Positions 10,371-18,981 of a DNA stretch of 64,000 nucleotides are shown piece by piece. The stretch is taken from positions 16,720-80,719 of the forward strand of contig CACODT010000004.1 in NCBI GenBank assembly GCA_902626065.1, read 5' to 3'. The notes under the pieces are model-generated. The model did no database searches and was not told the origin of the DNA. It saw only the letters and a list, made by a program, of their open reading frames with translations. The translations under genes were made by a program, and so were the position numbers. Source of the stretch: an uncultured Candidatus Actinomarina sp. Lineage in GTDB: Bacteria; Actinomycetota; Acidimicrobiia; Actinomarinales; Actinomarinaceae. The first letter of the stretch is position 1, and each line of letters opens with the position of its first letter.

Positions 10371-11294
10371 TTGTTTACTGTGGAAAAATCAAAATACATA
10401 TGGTTTGATGGTAATTTTGTAGACTGGGACAGCGCACAGGTCAATGTGATGACACATACACTTCATTATGGAACAGGTGTATTTGAAGGAATAAGGGCAC
10501 GTAATACCGATCAAGGTGTTTCTATTTTTAGACTTGACGATCACGTCGATAGACTTTACGCTTCAGCGGATTCCTATCATTTAAAAATACCATTTGAGAA
10601 AAATGAAATTATCGAGGCAATTAAAGAAGTTGTAAAAATAAATGAACTTGATTCTGCGTATATAAGACCATTAATTTTCTTTGGTGAGGGTGAAATGGGT
10701 TTATTACCAAACAATGTTCCCGTAAGAGTGTCAATTGCTGCTTGGTATTGGGGTGCCTATTTAGGAGATGATGCAGTTAATCGTGGTGTTAATGTCTGTA
10801 TCTCTAAGTGGAGAAGAATAAGCCCAACAAGTTTCATACCTTTGGCAAAAGGTGTGGGCGGATATATGAATTCAACCCTGGCAAAAATTGACGCCGTTGA
10901 AAACGGTTATGATGATGCGATCATGCTAGGTGATGATGGTACCGTAGCTGAGGGAAGTGGTCAAAATATATTTATTGTTAAGGAGGGCAATATTTACACT
11001 CCTCCGAATACAACAGGTGCATTAAACGGTATTACAAGAAGAACAGTCATCGAGATATCTAAAAATAACAATATTCCAATTGATGAAAAAAATCTTACTG
11101 TAGATGATCTCAAGACTGCGGACGAAGTATTTTTTACGGGAACTGCAACAGGTGTAATAGGTGTAGTGAGTATCGACGGAGGTAATATAGCAGATGGTCA
11201 AGTTGGTAATGTTACCTCACAAATTATTGATTCATATGAAGATGTAGTAAATGCGAAGGATGATAATTTTAAATCATATATAACATTGATTTAA
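10371..11294 (+). CDS. ilvE: Branched-chain amino acid aminotransferase
   Basis: LHYGTGVFEGIRA, YIRP, AKGVGGYMNS, EGSGQNIF, GITR, FFTGTA; TTG start. Confidence 0.93.
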   Translation: MFTVEKSKYIWFDGNFVDWDSAQVNVMTHTLHYGTGVFEGIRARNTDQGVSIFRLDDHVDRLYASADSYHLKIPFEKNEIIEAIKEVVKINELDSAYIRPLIFFGEGEMGLLPNNVPVRVSIAAWYWGAYLGDDAVNRGVNVCISKWRRISPTSFIPLAKGVGGYMNSTLAKIDAVENGYDDAIMLGDDGTVAEGSGQNIFIVKEGNIYTPPNTTGALNGITRRTVIEISKNNNIPIDEKNLTVDDLKTADEVFFTGTATGVIGVVSIDGGNIADGQVGNVTSQIIDSYEDVVNAKDDNFKSYITLI

Positions 11295-11710
11295 TGCCAC
11301 AAGAACCAAACATTAATCTTGATAAAAATAAAAGAGTTAATGAACCTCTTTTACCTGTACCAAGGAGATCAGCCAAACGGCATGCAGAAAAACTTGATCC
11401 AAGTAACGAAGAAGTTTATGGTAGTACAGGGCCTGATAGTGGTTTTGCAATAAAAATTGTAAATAAATACAAGTTTTTGTGGAAAAATCATCCAAGACAT
11501 AAATTGGTCACGACAATTATCACAAACCTGATCATCAGTCGGGCCGCACATTTTGGAAGAGCTCCAACCGTTTATGATTTTCATCATGTATTGGGATTAT
11601 TAAGAATTAGTGAAAATAGCTTAGGCGATCTCACGGAGGATTTGCTAATTAAATGTTCAAAAGAGAAAATAAAAGGACAATATCTTTTATCAATTATTAA
11701 TTTTTACTAA
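11294..11710 (+). CDS. Hypothetical protein
   Basis: Coupled to ilvE (TAATG overlap); motif-like GPDSGFA and RAAHFGRAP; family not identified. Confidence 0.6.
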   Translation: MPQEPNINLDKNKRVNEPLLPVPRRSAKRHAEKLDPSNEEVYGSTGPDSGFAIKIVNKYKFLWKNHPRHKLVTTIITNLIISRAAHFGRAPTVYDFHHVLGLLRISENSLGDLTEDLLIKCSKEKIKGQYLLSIINFY

Positions 11711-11748
11711 ACACTCTATTTTTCTAATGGCTTAATATTGTTAGAAGT

Positions 11749-12516
11749 ATGAAAATTATACGAGCAAAACACCAAAATGAAATATTTTATGGAGAACTAG
11801 TAGATAGCAGTGTAGTTCGATATGAGGGTTCTCCATTTGTTGTTTGGGAGAGTACAGAAGAAATATACGAACTCAATGAAATTGAATTACTTGCTCCCGT
11901 GCTTCCTTCAAAAGTTGTTGCTGTTGCAAAAAATTATGCAAAACACGCTGCTGAAATGGGATTACCTGGGTATGAATATCAAGCAGATAATCCTGTATTT
12001 TTCATAAAGCCCTCTACATCTGTCATAGGTACTGGGCAAAATATTATTTACCCAAAAATAGGTCAACATGTTGATCATGAAGCAGAACTAGCTTTGGTGA
12101 TATCCAGAATAAGCAAAAATATTTCTAAAGATAATTGGACGGATCATGTTCTTGGCTTAACAGCAGCAAATGATTTATCTGAGAGGGTGCTTCAAGGCAA
12201 ATCAGGACATTTCACACGAGCAAAAGGATTTGATACATTTTGTCCCCTAGGTCCTTATATACAAACCGAGTTTTCAGAAAATCCAGATCTTGACATAAAA
12301 GCCTTTGTAAATGGTGAGTTAAAACAAAATGGAAATAGTAGAGATATGATATTTTCAATTGGTGAGGTCTTAGAATTTATTACTTCAATTATGACATTGT
12401 TACCAGGTGATGTTGTACTAACGGGTACTCCAGAGGGCGTAAGTCAAATTAAACCTGGTGATGAAATAAAAATTGAAATTGAAACCCTTGGTACTCTGAT
12501 AAATACAGTTGAATAA
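11749..12516 (+). CDS. Fumarylacetoacetate hydrolase family protein
   Basis: KNYAKHAAE, FFIKP, DHEAELA, ANDLSER, AKGFDTFCPLGP, PGDVVLTGTPEGV. Confidence 0.9.
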   Translation: MKIIRAKHQNEIFYGELVDSSVVRYEGSPFVVWESTEEIYELNEIELLAPVLPSKVVAVAKNYAKHAAEMGLPGYEYQADNPVFFIKPSTSVIGTGQNIIYPKIGQHVDHEAELALVISRISKNISKDNWTDHVLGLTAANDLSERVLQGKSGHFTRAKGFDTFCPLGPYIQTEFSENPDLDIKAFVNGELKQNGNSRDMIFSIGEVLEFITSIMTLLPGDVVLTGTPEGVSQIKPGDEIKIEIETLGTLINTVE

Positions 12517-12519
12517 ATC

Positions 12520-13827
12520 ATGAAATTAAGAATTGCCCCCTCACCAACAGGAGAATTGCATATTGGCAATGCAAGAACGGCTTTATTCAATTGGCTATAT
12601 GCAAGAAATAATAATGGTAAATTTCTTGTTCGTATTGATGACACAGATACGGAAAGAAGCACACCAGAGTATGAAAAAAATATCATTGATAATTTATCTT
12701 GGCTGGGTATTGATTGGGATGAAGGTTATGAAATTGATAGCTCTAATACTTATAAGCAATCTGATAGGTTTACTAGGTATGAGGAAGTTGCAAATAACCT
12801 TTTAAATGAAGGAATAGCCTATGAAGATGACGGTGCAATAAGATTTAAAGTAGAAAAAAATAATGTAATATCCTTCAAAGATTATGTAAGGGGCGACATG
12901 GAATTTAGCACAAATGATATTGAGGATTTTGTTATACTCCGGACAGACAAAACTCCAACATATCATTTAGCATCGACAGTTGATGATATTGATTATGAAA
13001 TAACAATTGTTGCAAGAGGTGAAGATATTTTATCATCAACACCAAAACATATAATGTTAATGGAGGCTCTAAATGCAAAAATACCAGATTTTTGTCATTT
13101 ACCTTTATTATTTGGACCAGATGGCAAAAAACTAAGCAAAAGGCATGGTGATACATCAGTGGCTTCTTTTAAAGAAAAAGGAATTTTGCCTGAGGCAATG
13201 TTTAATTATATGTCTATTCTTGGATGGTCACCTGGAAACGATTTAGAAATCTTCAACAAAGATTTTGCGATTAGTAATTTTGATTTGAAAAATGTTTTAG
13301 GTAATCCCGCAATTTTTGATACTAAAAAACTTCTCTGGATGAACGGACAGTATATAAGAAGTTTTAAGAAGGAAACTTTTCATGAATTAGCTTTTAAAAC
13401 CATAGAAGAAAGCTTATCAAGAAGTTTATTTGCCGAAGAAATTAAGAGAATAGAAGTAATACTTCCTGAGGTTCAAGAGCGTATTGAGACCCTTAACGAT
13501 CTAATTGGTCAAGTTGGCTTTTTACTTGATGAACCATTTGTAGTAAATGATGTCGAGTGGAATGATGTAAATTCTGAAAACGCTCAGCTTTATTTAATGA
13601 ATATTAGAAAACGCTTCAAAGAAATGGAAGACTTTAATTTAAAAAATATTGAGGAAATGATGAGAGCTGAATTAAAAAAGCAAAATATAAAGCCAAAAGA
13701 AGGCTTTCAGGCTACAAGAGTTGCAATTACTGGAACAAAAATTAGCCCTCCATTATTTGAATCTATTTTTGCCTTAGGTCTATCACCTACTATTGCAAGA
13801 CTTGCTGAAAAGATTGAGAATTTGTAA
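12520..13827 (+). CDS. gltX: Glutamate--tRNA ligase (probably non-discriminating)
   Basis: RIAPSPTGELHIGN, RGED, HLPLL, KLSKRHG; followed by tRNA-Glu and tRNA-Gln genes. Confidence 0.96.
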   Translation: MKLRIAPSPTGELHIGNARTALFNWLYARNNNGKFLVRIDDTDTERSTPEYEKNIIDNLSWLGIDWDEGYEIDSSNTYKQSDRFTRYEEVANNLLNEGIAYEDDGAIRFKVEKNNVISFKDYVRGDMEFSTNDIEDFVILRTDKTPTYHLASTVDDIDYEITIVARGEDILSSTPKHIMLMEALNAKIPDFCHLPLLFGPDGKKLSKRHGDTSVASFKEKGILPEAMFNYMSILGWSPGNDLEIFNKDFAISNFDLKNVLGNPAIFDTKKLLWMNGQYIRSFKKETFHELAFKTIEESLSRSLFAEEIKRIEVILPEVQERIETLNDLIGQVGFLLDEPFVVNDVEWNDVNSENAQLYLMNIRKRFKEMEDFNLKNIEEMMRAELKKQNIKPKEGFQATRVAITGTKISPPLFESIFALGLSPTIARLAEKIENL

Positions 13828-13852
13828 CAATTAATAAATAAGTTACTATATT
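13822..13852 (+). promoter_or_regulatory. Possible sigma70-type promoter for the tRNA cluster
   Basis: TTGTAA (13822-27) and TACTAT (13844-49), 16-nt spacer, just upstream of tRNA-Glu; weak because the DNA is AT-rich. Confidence 0.3.
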
Positions 13853-13865
13853 CTTATACAAATAC

Positions 13866-13938
13866 GGCCCCGTCGTCCAGAGGCCTAGGACGCTGGGTTT
13901 TCAACCCAGAAACGCCGGTTCGAATCCGGTCGGGGCTG
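13866..13938 (+). tRNA. tRNA-Glu (anticodon UUC), CCA not encoded
   Basis: Acceptor GGCCCCG/CGGGGCT, D arm GTCC/GGAC, anticodon stem CTGGG/CCCAG with loop TTTTCAA, T arm GCCGG-TTCGAAT-CCGGT. Confidence 0.95.
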
Positions 13939-13945
13939 CTAACCT

Positions 13946-14017
13946 TCGGGGATGGTGTAATTGGCAACACAATGGGTTCTGGTCCCATTATTGAGGGTTC
14001 AAGTCCTTCTCCCCGAG
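13946..14017 (+). tRNA. tRNA-Gln (anticodon CUG), CCA not encoded
   Basis: Acceptor TCGGGGA/TCCCCGA (U1-A72), D arm GTGT/ACAC, anticodon stem ATGGG/CCCAT with loop TTCTGGT, T loop TTCAAGT. Confidence 0.95.
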
Positions 14018-14021
14018 CAGA

Positions 14022-14094
14022 GGCCCCGTCGTCTAGAGGCCTAGGACGCCGCCCTCTCAAGGCGGAAACGCCGGTTCGAATCCGGTCGGGGCTG
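14022..14094 (+). tRNA. tRNA-Glu (anticodon CUC), CCA not encoded
   Basis: Acceptor GGCCCCG/CGGGGCT, anticodon stem CCGCC/GGCGG with loop CTCTCAA, T loop TTCGAAT. Confidence 0.95.
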
Positions 14095-14697
14095 CTAGAA
14101 GTCTAGCTTTTTAGACCAACGAGGCTTATTTTTTAAAAACTCTTTTAGGTCCTCTTCATCGTCTATTTCAAATGAAAATTCTTTATTAAATGATTTCTTA
14201 ATTTTTATATCTTCATTTAGAAATATTTCCATGTGATTATTAAAACTATTATTTCCATACATTAATTTTTTAACTTTCTTGCTTCCGCCAAGCAGGGGAG
14301 TTCCATTATCTTTGCTGGCACAGATCACCAGTTCGGCTAACTTACATTCTTTAATCCATTCCTGAGCATAAAATTTTGTAATATAAGGTAGATCAGCGTG
14401 ACAGATTGTCCAATGGTCATATTTGTAAGAATGTAGGAAGTCTTCTAATTCGCTATTTAACCCTTTATTCAAAGATGAAAAAGTTTCTATCGTGTTGTTT
14501 TGGCAGAAGTCTTTTACTAATTTATCGTTTGTTACACAAACAATTTTCGTACTATCATCTTGAAATGATTTCGTTATATTTAGAAGCATAGCTTTCGATA
14601 GTTCAATTCTTGTGTCAATTGTTAAAGCCTTTTGCAGTCTTGACATAGGATTTTTAAAGTCTCTAACAGGAATACCAACTAAAAAATTTTTTAACAT
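14095..14697 (-). CDS. cofC: CofC/FbiD family guanylyltransferase (F420 biosynthesis)
   Basis: GIPVRDFKNPMSRL (cf. IPVK...AKSRL), GLNSEL, HADLP, DNGTP, FEIDDEEDL. Confidence 0.75.
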   Translation of the reverse strand: MLKNFLVGIPVRDFKNPMSRLQKALTIDTRIELSKAMLLNITKSFQDDSTKIVCVTNDKLVKDFCQNNTIETFSSLNKGLNSELEDFLHSYKYDHWTICHADLPYITKFYAQEWIKECKLAELVICASKDNGTPLLGGSKKVKKLMYGNNSFNNHMEIFLNEDIKIKKSFNKEFSFEIDDEEDLKEFLKNKPRWSKKLDF

Positions 14698-14740
14698 TAC
14701 AACACTTTACATATTCCATCCTATTAAGTTAAATATTGAA

Positions 14741-16138
14741 ATGACAAGAAAAACAAAGATAGTCGCAACAATTGGACCGAGTGTATATTCAAAAGACTCC
14801 TTAAATAAACTAGTTGAAGCAGGAGCAAATGTCTTAAGATTAAATTTCTCACATGGAACCTATGATGAACACGAGCAAACTGTTCAATGGGTAAGGTCCA
14901 TGAATAAAAATGTGGCAATAATGCAGGATATACAGGGCCCAAAAATCAGAACTGGCACCTTAGATAAATCAATAAATTTAAATGTTAATTCTGACATTGA
15001 TATTTTTAATGATGAAAGTAAACAAAATGAAGAGTCAGTTGTTATCAATTATGAGAATTTATTAAGAGATATTAATGAGGGTGAAAGAATTTTAATTGAT
15101 GATGGGAAATTAGGTTTAAGAGTTCTTAAAAAAGAAAAAAATAAACTTACAGCAACTGTGGAGATTGGTGGAGAGCTAAGATCGCATCAAGGAGTAGCTT
15201 TTCCAGACTCTAAACTTTCAGTTTCAACATTAACTAAGAAAGATATTCAGGATCTTGAATTCGGTAAGAATTTGGGCGTAGATTTTGTAGCTATATCTTT
15301 TGTGAGAAATGCTGAAGATGTTTTAAACGTAAGAAAATATATAGATAAAGATATTAAATTAATCTCTAAAATCGAGCTTAAGTCAGCAGTTAAACATTTA
15401 AAATCAATCATTCAAGAGTCAGATGGGGTTATGGTTGCTCGAGGAGATTTAGGAGTTCAACTTCCTCTTGAAAAGATTCCACTGATTCAAAAACAAATCA
15501 TAAATGAAAGTAATCTTCAGGGCAAAATTACTATTACTGCCACAGAAATGCTTACATCGATGATATCTTCACACAGACCAACCAGAGCCGAAGTATCAGA
15601 TATCACAAATGCGATACTTGATGGTACAGACGCTGTAATGTTGTCTGCAGAAACTTCTATCGGAGAAAATCCGATTGATTCTGTAATAGCAATGGCAAAA
15701 ATTTGCGAAGAAGTTGATATTTCATCAAGCGAAAATATGATAAATACAAAAGAAATATATAACTCAGACGAGTTAACTAATTCTCTTTCAAAAGCAGCAG
15801 TTCAAGTAGCAAATGATTCAAATGTAAAGGCAATTGTCGCATTTACAGAAACTGGTAGGACCCCACTCTTAATTTCAAATCATAGACCTAATGCATCAAT
15901 TTTTACATTTACGACCACTGATAAAACATTTAATCAACTCAATTTAATTTGGGGTGTTGAGCAAATAAAGATTGATAGATTAGAAACAACAGATGAAATG
16001 TTTGCTATAGCTAATAAGTGGTTGTTAAATGAAAAGAAATTTTCAAAAAATGACAAAGTAGTAATTGTCGCTGGCACACCTCCAAATAAAGAAGCAGCAA
16101 CTAACCTTATTAGAGTGATGAAAATTGGCGAATATTAA
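14741..16138 (+). CDS. pyk: Pyruvate kinase
   Basis: MTRKTKIVATIGP, RLNFSHG, DIQGPKIR, KIE, MVARGDLGV, ATEML, PTRAEVSD, MLSAET. Start set at ATG 14741, not 14612. Confidence 0.96.
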   Translation: MTRKTKIVATIGPSVYSKDSLNKLVEAGANVLRLNFSHGTYDEHEQTVQWVRSMNKNVAIMQDIQGPKIRTGTLDKSINLNVNSDIDIFNDESKQNEESVVINYENLLRDINEGERILIDDGKLGLRVLKKEKNKLTATVEIGGELRSHQGVAFPDSKLSVSTLTKKDIQDLEFGKNLGVDFVAISFVRNAEDVLNVRKYIDKDIKLISKIELKSAVKHLKSIIQESDGVMVARGDLGVQLPLEKIPLIQKQIINESNLQGKITITATEMLTSMISSHRPTRAEVSDITNAILDGTDAVMLSAETSIGENPIDSVIAMAKICEEVDISSSENMINTKEIYNSDELTNSLSKAAVQVANDSNVKAIVAFTETGRTPLLISNHRPNASIFTFTTTDKTFNQLNLIWGVEQIKIDRLETTDEMFAIANKWLLNEKKFSKNDKVVIVAGTPPNKEAATNLIRVMKIGEY

Positions 16139-16440
16139 TGGGACAAAAGATCGAACTTAAAACAACCCAATTTGGTAAAAATGTAATCTTTGATTTAAAC
16201 AGATCTCTTTCTGGTCAAGATGGTGAAACTTATTACAACATTGCACATGCTTCTTTAACGAATGAAACTAGTGCAAAATTAGCTATGAAATTGTTTCAAT
16301 ATTCAAATGACATAGAGAGTATTTTTATTCAATCAAACATTGTGACTGTAAATTTTACGAAAAATATGGGAACTGCTGTAAAAGAATTTGAGAAACAAAT
16401 TGAAGACTTTTTTCTTTTCTATGGGGATGAAGAAAAATGA
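16138..16440 (+). CDS. Stand-alone Nfu/NifU N-terminal (scaffold) domain protein
   Basis: IFDLNRSL, LAMKLF, IESIFIQSNIVTV resemble the Nfu_N domain; no cysteines. Confidence 0.55.
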   Translation: MGQKIELKTTQFGKNVIFDLNRSLSGQDGETYYNIAHASLTNETSAKLAMKLFQYSNDIESIFIQSNIVTVNFTKNMGTAVKEFEKQIEDFFLFYGDEEK

Positions 16441-17372
16441 TTGTTGGCGTAACAGGTGCATCAGGTTTCATCGGTAGAAAAACTGTTAAAAACTTAATCG
16501 AATCAGGCCATGATGTAATAAGATTTGTAAGAAGAGAAGTCAAAACTGATGATGAGATTTATTGGAGTCCTGCAAAAAAAGAGATTGATAAAGAAAAATT
16601 TCAAGAATTAGATGCGATTATTCATTTAGCTGGTGAAAGTATTGCACCACAAGATATTTTGGGGTTCTTGCCATTTGCAGGTGGAAGATGGTCAAAAGAA
16701 AGAAAATCAAGGATTTATTGGTCAAGAAAATGGGCCTCGGATCTTTTTGTTGACACCTATAAATCTTTAGATAAATATCCAAAAATTTTTATTACAGCTT
16801 CTGGAAATGATATCTATGGTGATCATGGTGATGAGATTGTTACTGAAGAAACATCTTTTAACAGGGGTCAGTTTTTGCAAATGGTCGCAGAAGAATGTTG
16901 GGAGGAGCCATTATATGAAATTGAAAAGTTAAATGTGAGAGTCATGAAGTGTAGAGCTGGTATTGTACTTGGTAAAGGTAATATCGCAACACAGATATTT
17001 ACACTCATATCTAAATTAAATTTATCAGGTCCAATTGGTAAAGGAGAACAATACTTTTCATGGATTTCGGTGCATGACATGGCAGCAGCTTTTGTATTTT
17101 GTTTAGAAAATGAGGATATATCAGGAGCAGTAAATGTTACAGCTCCAGAGCCCCTCCAACAGAAGGAGTTTTCACGTGCAATTGCAAAAATTATGAACAA
17201 AGCATTTTTTGCCCCACCTGTTCCACCTATCCTTATGAGATTGGCTGTAGGATGGGAGTTGGGAGAACAGCTTGGATTAAATAGTATAAGAGCTATTCCT
17301 CAAAAATTACTTAAAGAAGGATTTGAATTTAGATATCCTACATTAGAGACCATGAAAGAAGAATTTAATTAA
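16437..17372 (+). CDS. TIGR01777/YfcH family NAD-dependent epimerase-like oxidoreductase
   Basis: VTGASGFIG, HLAGESI, GRWS, GKGEQYFSWISVHD, GAVNVTAP, KLLKEGFEFRYP. Confidence 0.88.
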   Translation: MIVGVTGASGFIGRKTVKNLIESGHDVIRFVRREVKTDDEIYWSPAKKEIDKEKFQELDAIIHLAGESIAPQDILGFLPFAGGRWSKERKSRIYWSRKWASDLFVDTYKSLDKYPKIFITASGNDIYGDHGDEIVTEETSFNRGQFLQMVAEECWEEPLYEIEKLNVRVMKCRAGIVLGKGNIATQIFTLISKLNLSGPIGKGEQYFSWISVHDMAAAFVFCLENEDISGAVNVTAPEPLQQKEFSRAIAKIMNKAFFAPPVPPILMRLAVGWELGEQLGLNSIRAIPQKLLKEGFEFRYPTLETMKEEFN

Positions 17373-17743
17373 TGAGTAGTTACGAAGAGAGAATGTCAAA
17401 AAAATACAACTTTTTTTCATCTGAAGAAGATGATGATAACGAATCGAAAATTCAACCAAATATTAAAAACCAAGATGAGATAGAGAATAATCAAGAAGAT
17501 GGTGCAATTAATGAAGATGTTGAATCCTCTACAGACGAAGAAAATATGCTTGTTCCAGTATCTGCTTGGAAAAAGGTTTTAGATCAACTTGGGAATCTTC
17601 ATGAGGCTGATAAATTAATGGCAGAAGCAAGAGAAAGAGCAGCTAAGGCTGAAGCTGAGAGTGAATTTTTACGTGAAAAACTTAAAAATACCCGTGAGGA
17701 ATTAAATACATTTAAAAACAAAAAAAGATTTTTCTTTTTCTAA
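17372..17743 (+). CDS. Hypothetical protein with an acidic N-terminus and coiled-coil C-terminus
   Basis: Coupled to the upstream gene; heptad-like AEARERAAKAEAESEFLREKL. Confidence 0.6.
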   Translation: MSSYEERMSKKYNFFSSEEDDDNESKIQPNIKNQDEIENNQEDGAINEDVESSTDEENMLVPVSAWKKVLDQLGNLHEADKLMAEARERAAKAEAESEFLREKLKNTREELNTFKNKKRFFFF

Positions 17744-17757
17744 AAAGTTATTTTCTC

Positions 17758-18981
17758 CTAGATTTCGACTGTGTTGCTCTCATCAGAGACACCTCTAATT
17801 ATAAAAAACGAAATCATCAGCAATACTACAAGAGACATCATTGCAGTATTTCTTCCTAAATTAAGAGTATTAACTATGAATCCCCAAAGTATTGGACCAA
17901 CAATTGTAGCAAATCGTCCGACGGTAGAATACAGTCCATAAAATTCACCAAGATGTTCTTTTGGGCTTAATCTTGTCATGAATACTCTATCTACAGCAAA
18001 TATGCCTCCAATATTAAAACCTCCAATGACGCCTGTTACATAAATCAACCATTCGATATCAAATTCAGTTGATATTACAGCGATGATTAATGAGATCATC
18101 CAGCAACCGAGGCTAAATAATGTACATTTTCTTGGTCCATATTTATCACCAGCTTTTCCATATACATAACCCCCAATAATTGAAATTATTATTGCCAATG
18201 CAAGTAAATTTTGACTATCTTCAGCTGTTAAGCCTGCTTCCTCTACAAGATAAACTGCCAGTAATCCACTAATCAATGTATTTATGGCATCTGCATAAAA
18301 AAATCTACCGATTAGAAATCTTGTTAATCCATTGTATTGTCTTGAATGTTTCCAAGATTTTATAACAATATATAGCGACTCCCTAAATCTGACTTGCACT
18401 TTATTGATATTAAATTTTTTTTCTTCAATAAATAAAAATGCAGGTATTGAAAAAAATAAAAATAAGATTGCAACTGATCTGAATATTTCAATATAGCTGT
18501 AACCTAAACTTTGAAGAAGTGACGCTATCCCAAAACCTATTAAAGATCCCATATATCCAAATGCAACACCCATTCCTGAAATTTTCCCTCTGTTATTTTC
18601 ATTACTTACAGAAACGAGTAATGCATCATAAACAACCGAACCAAGATTAAATCCTATTAATGAAAATATGAATAACATTACTGATATGTTGACATTGAAT
18701 GTTCCTAGAAAAAATGTTGCAACAATACAGATTGCAGTAGTAATAAGTAATAAAGGTTTTTTTCCTTGAGCACCATCACTTCTTGCACCCACCCAAGGAC
18801 CTGTAAGAGCAACAATTACCATTGCTCCTGATGTTGCAAGGCCTAAAGCTTGATCCGTCCAACCCTGCTCAGAAACAAGCCATACTGAAAAATATAGGCC
18901 AGGAATTACAAATGCATAAACTGTATTTGCTAGATCAAAAAGTAGCCAAGAGTATAAACTCTTTTTCTTTACTCCGTCCAT
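17758..18981 (-). CDS. MFS transporter, UMF1/Atg22-like family
   Basis: SWLLFDLAN, about 12 hydrophobic helices, DAINT, GEFYGLYSTVGR. Confidence 0.85.
   Translation of the reverse strand: MDGVKKKSLYSWLLFDLANTVYAFVIPGLYFSVWLVSEQGWTDQALGLATSGAMVIVALTGPWVGARSDGAQGKKPLLLITTAICIVATFFLGTFNVNISVMLFIFSLIGFNLGSVVYDALLVSVSNENNRGKISGMGVAFGYMGSLIGFGIASLLQSLGYSYIEIFRSVAILFLFFSIPAFLFIEEKKFNINKVQVRFRESLYIVIKSWKHSRQYNGLTRFLIGRFFYADAINTLISGLLAVYLVEEAGLTAEDSQNLLALAIIISIIGGYVYGKAGDKYGPRKCTLFSLGCWMISLIIAVISTEFDIEWLIYVTGVIGGFNIGGIFAVDRVFMTRLSPKEHLGEFYGLYSTVGRFATIVGPILWGFIVNTLNLGRNTAMMSLVVLLMISFFIIRGVSDESNTVEI

Noticed and set aside
13854-14060. 68-aa minus-strand ORF with repeated RPRPLDDG
   Set aside because: It is the antisense reading of the tRNA cluster; the repeat comes from the two tRNA-Glu genes.
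13866-14094. Near-identical repeats suggesting attL/attR or a CRISPR
   Set aside because: They are two complete tRNA-Glu isoacceptors with different anticodons; no integrase, partial tRNA copy or spacers.
14612-14740. N-terminal extensions in the ORF track (pyk 14612, ligA 2283, ychF 22455, PPOX 45002, rpmB 57817)
   Set aside because: They overlap neighbouring genes or lie upstream of the conserved family N-terminus; downstream ATGs were chosen.
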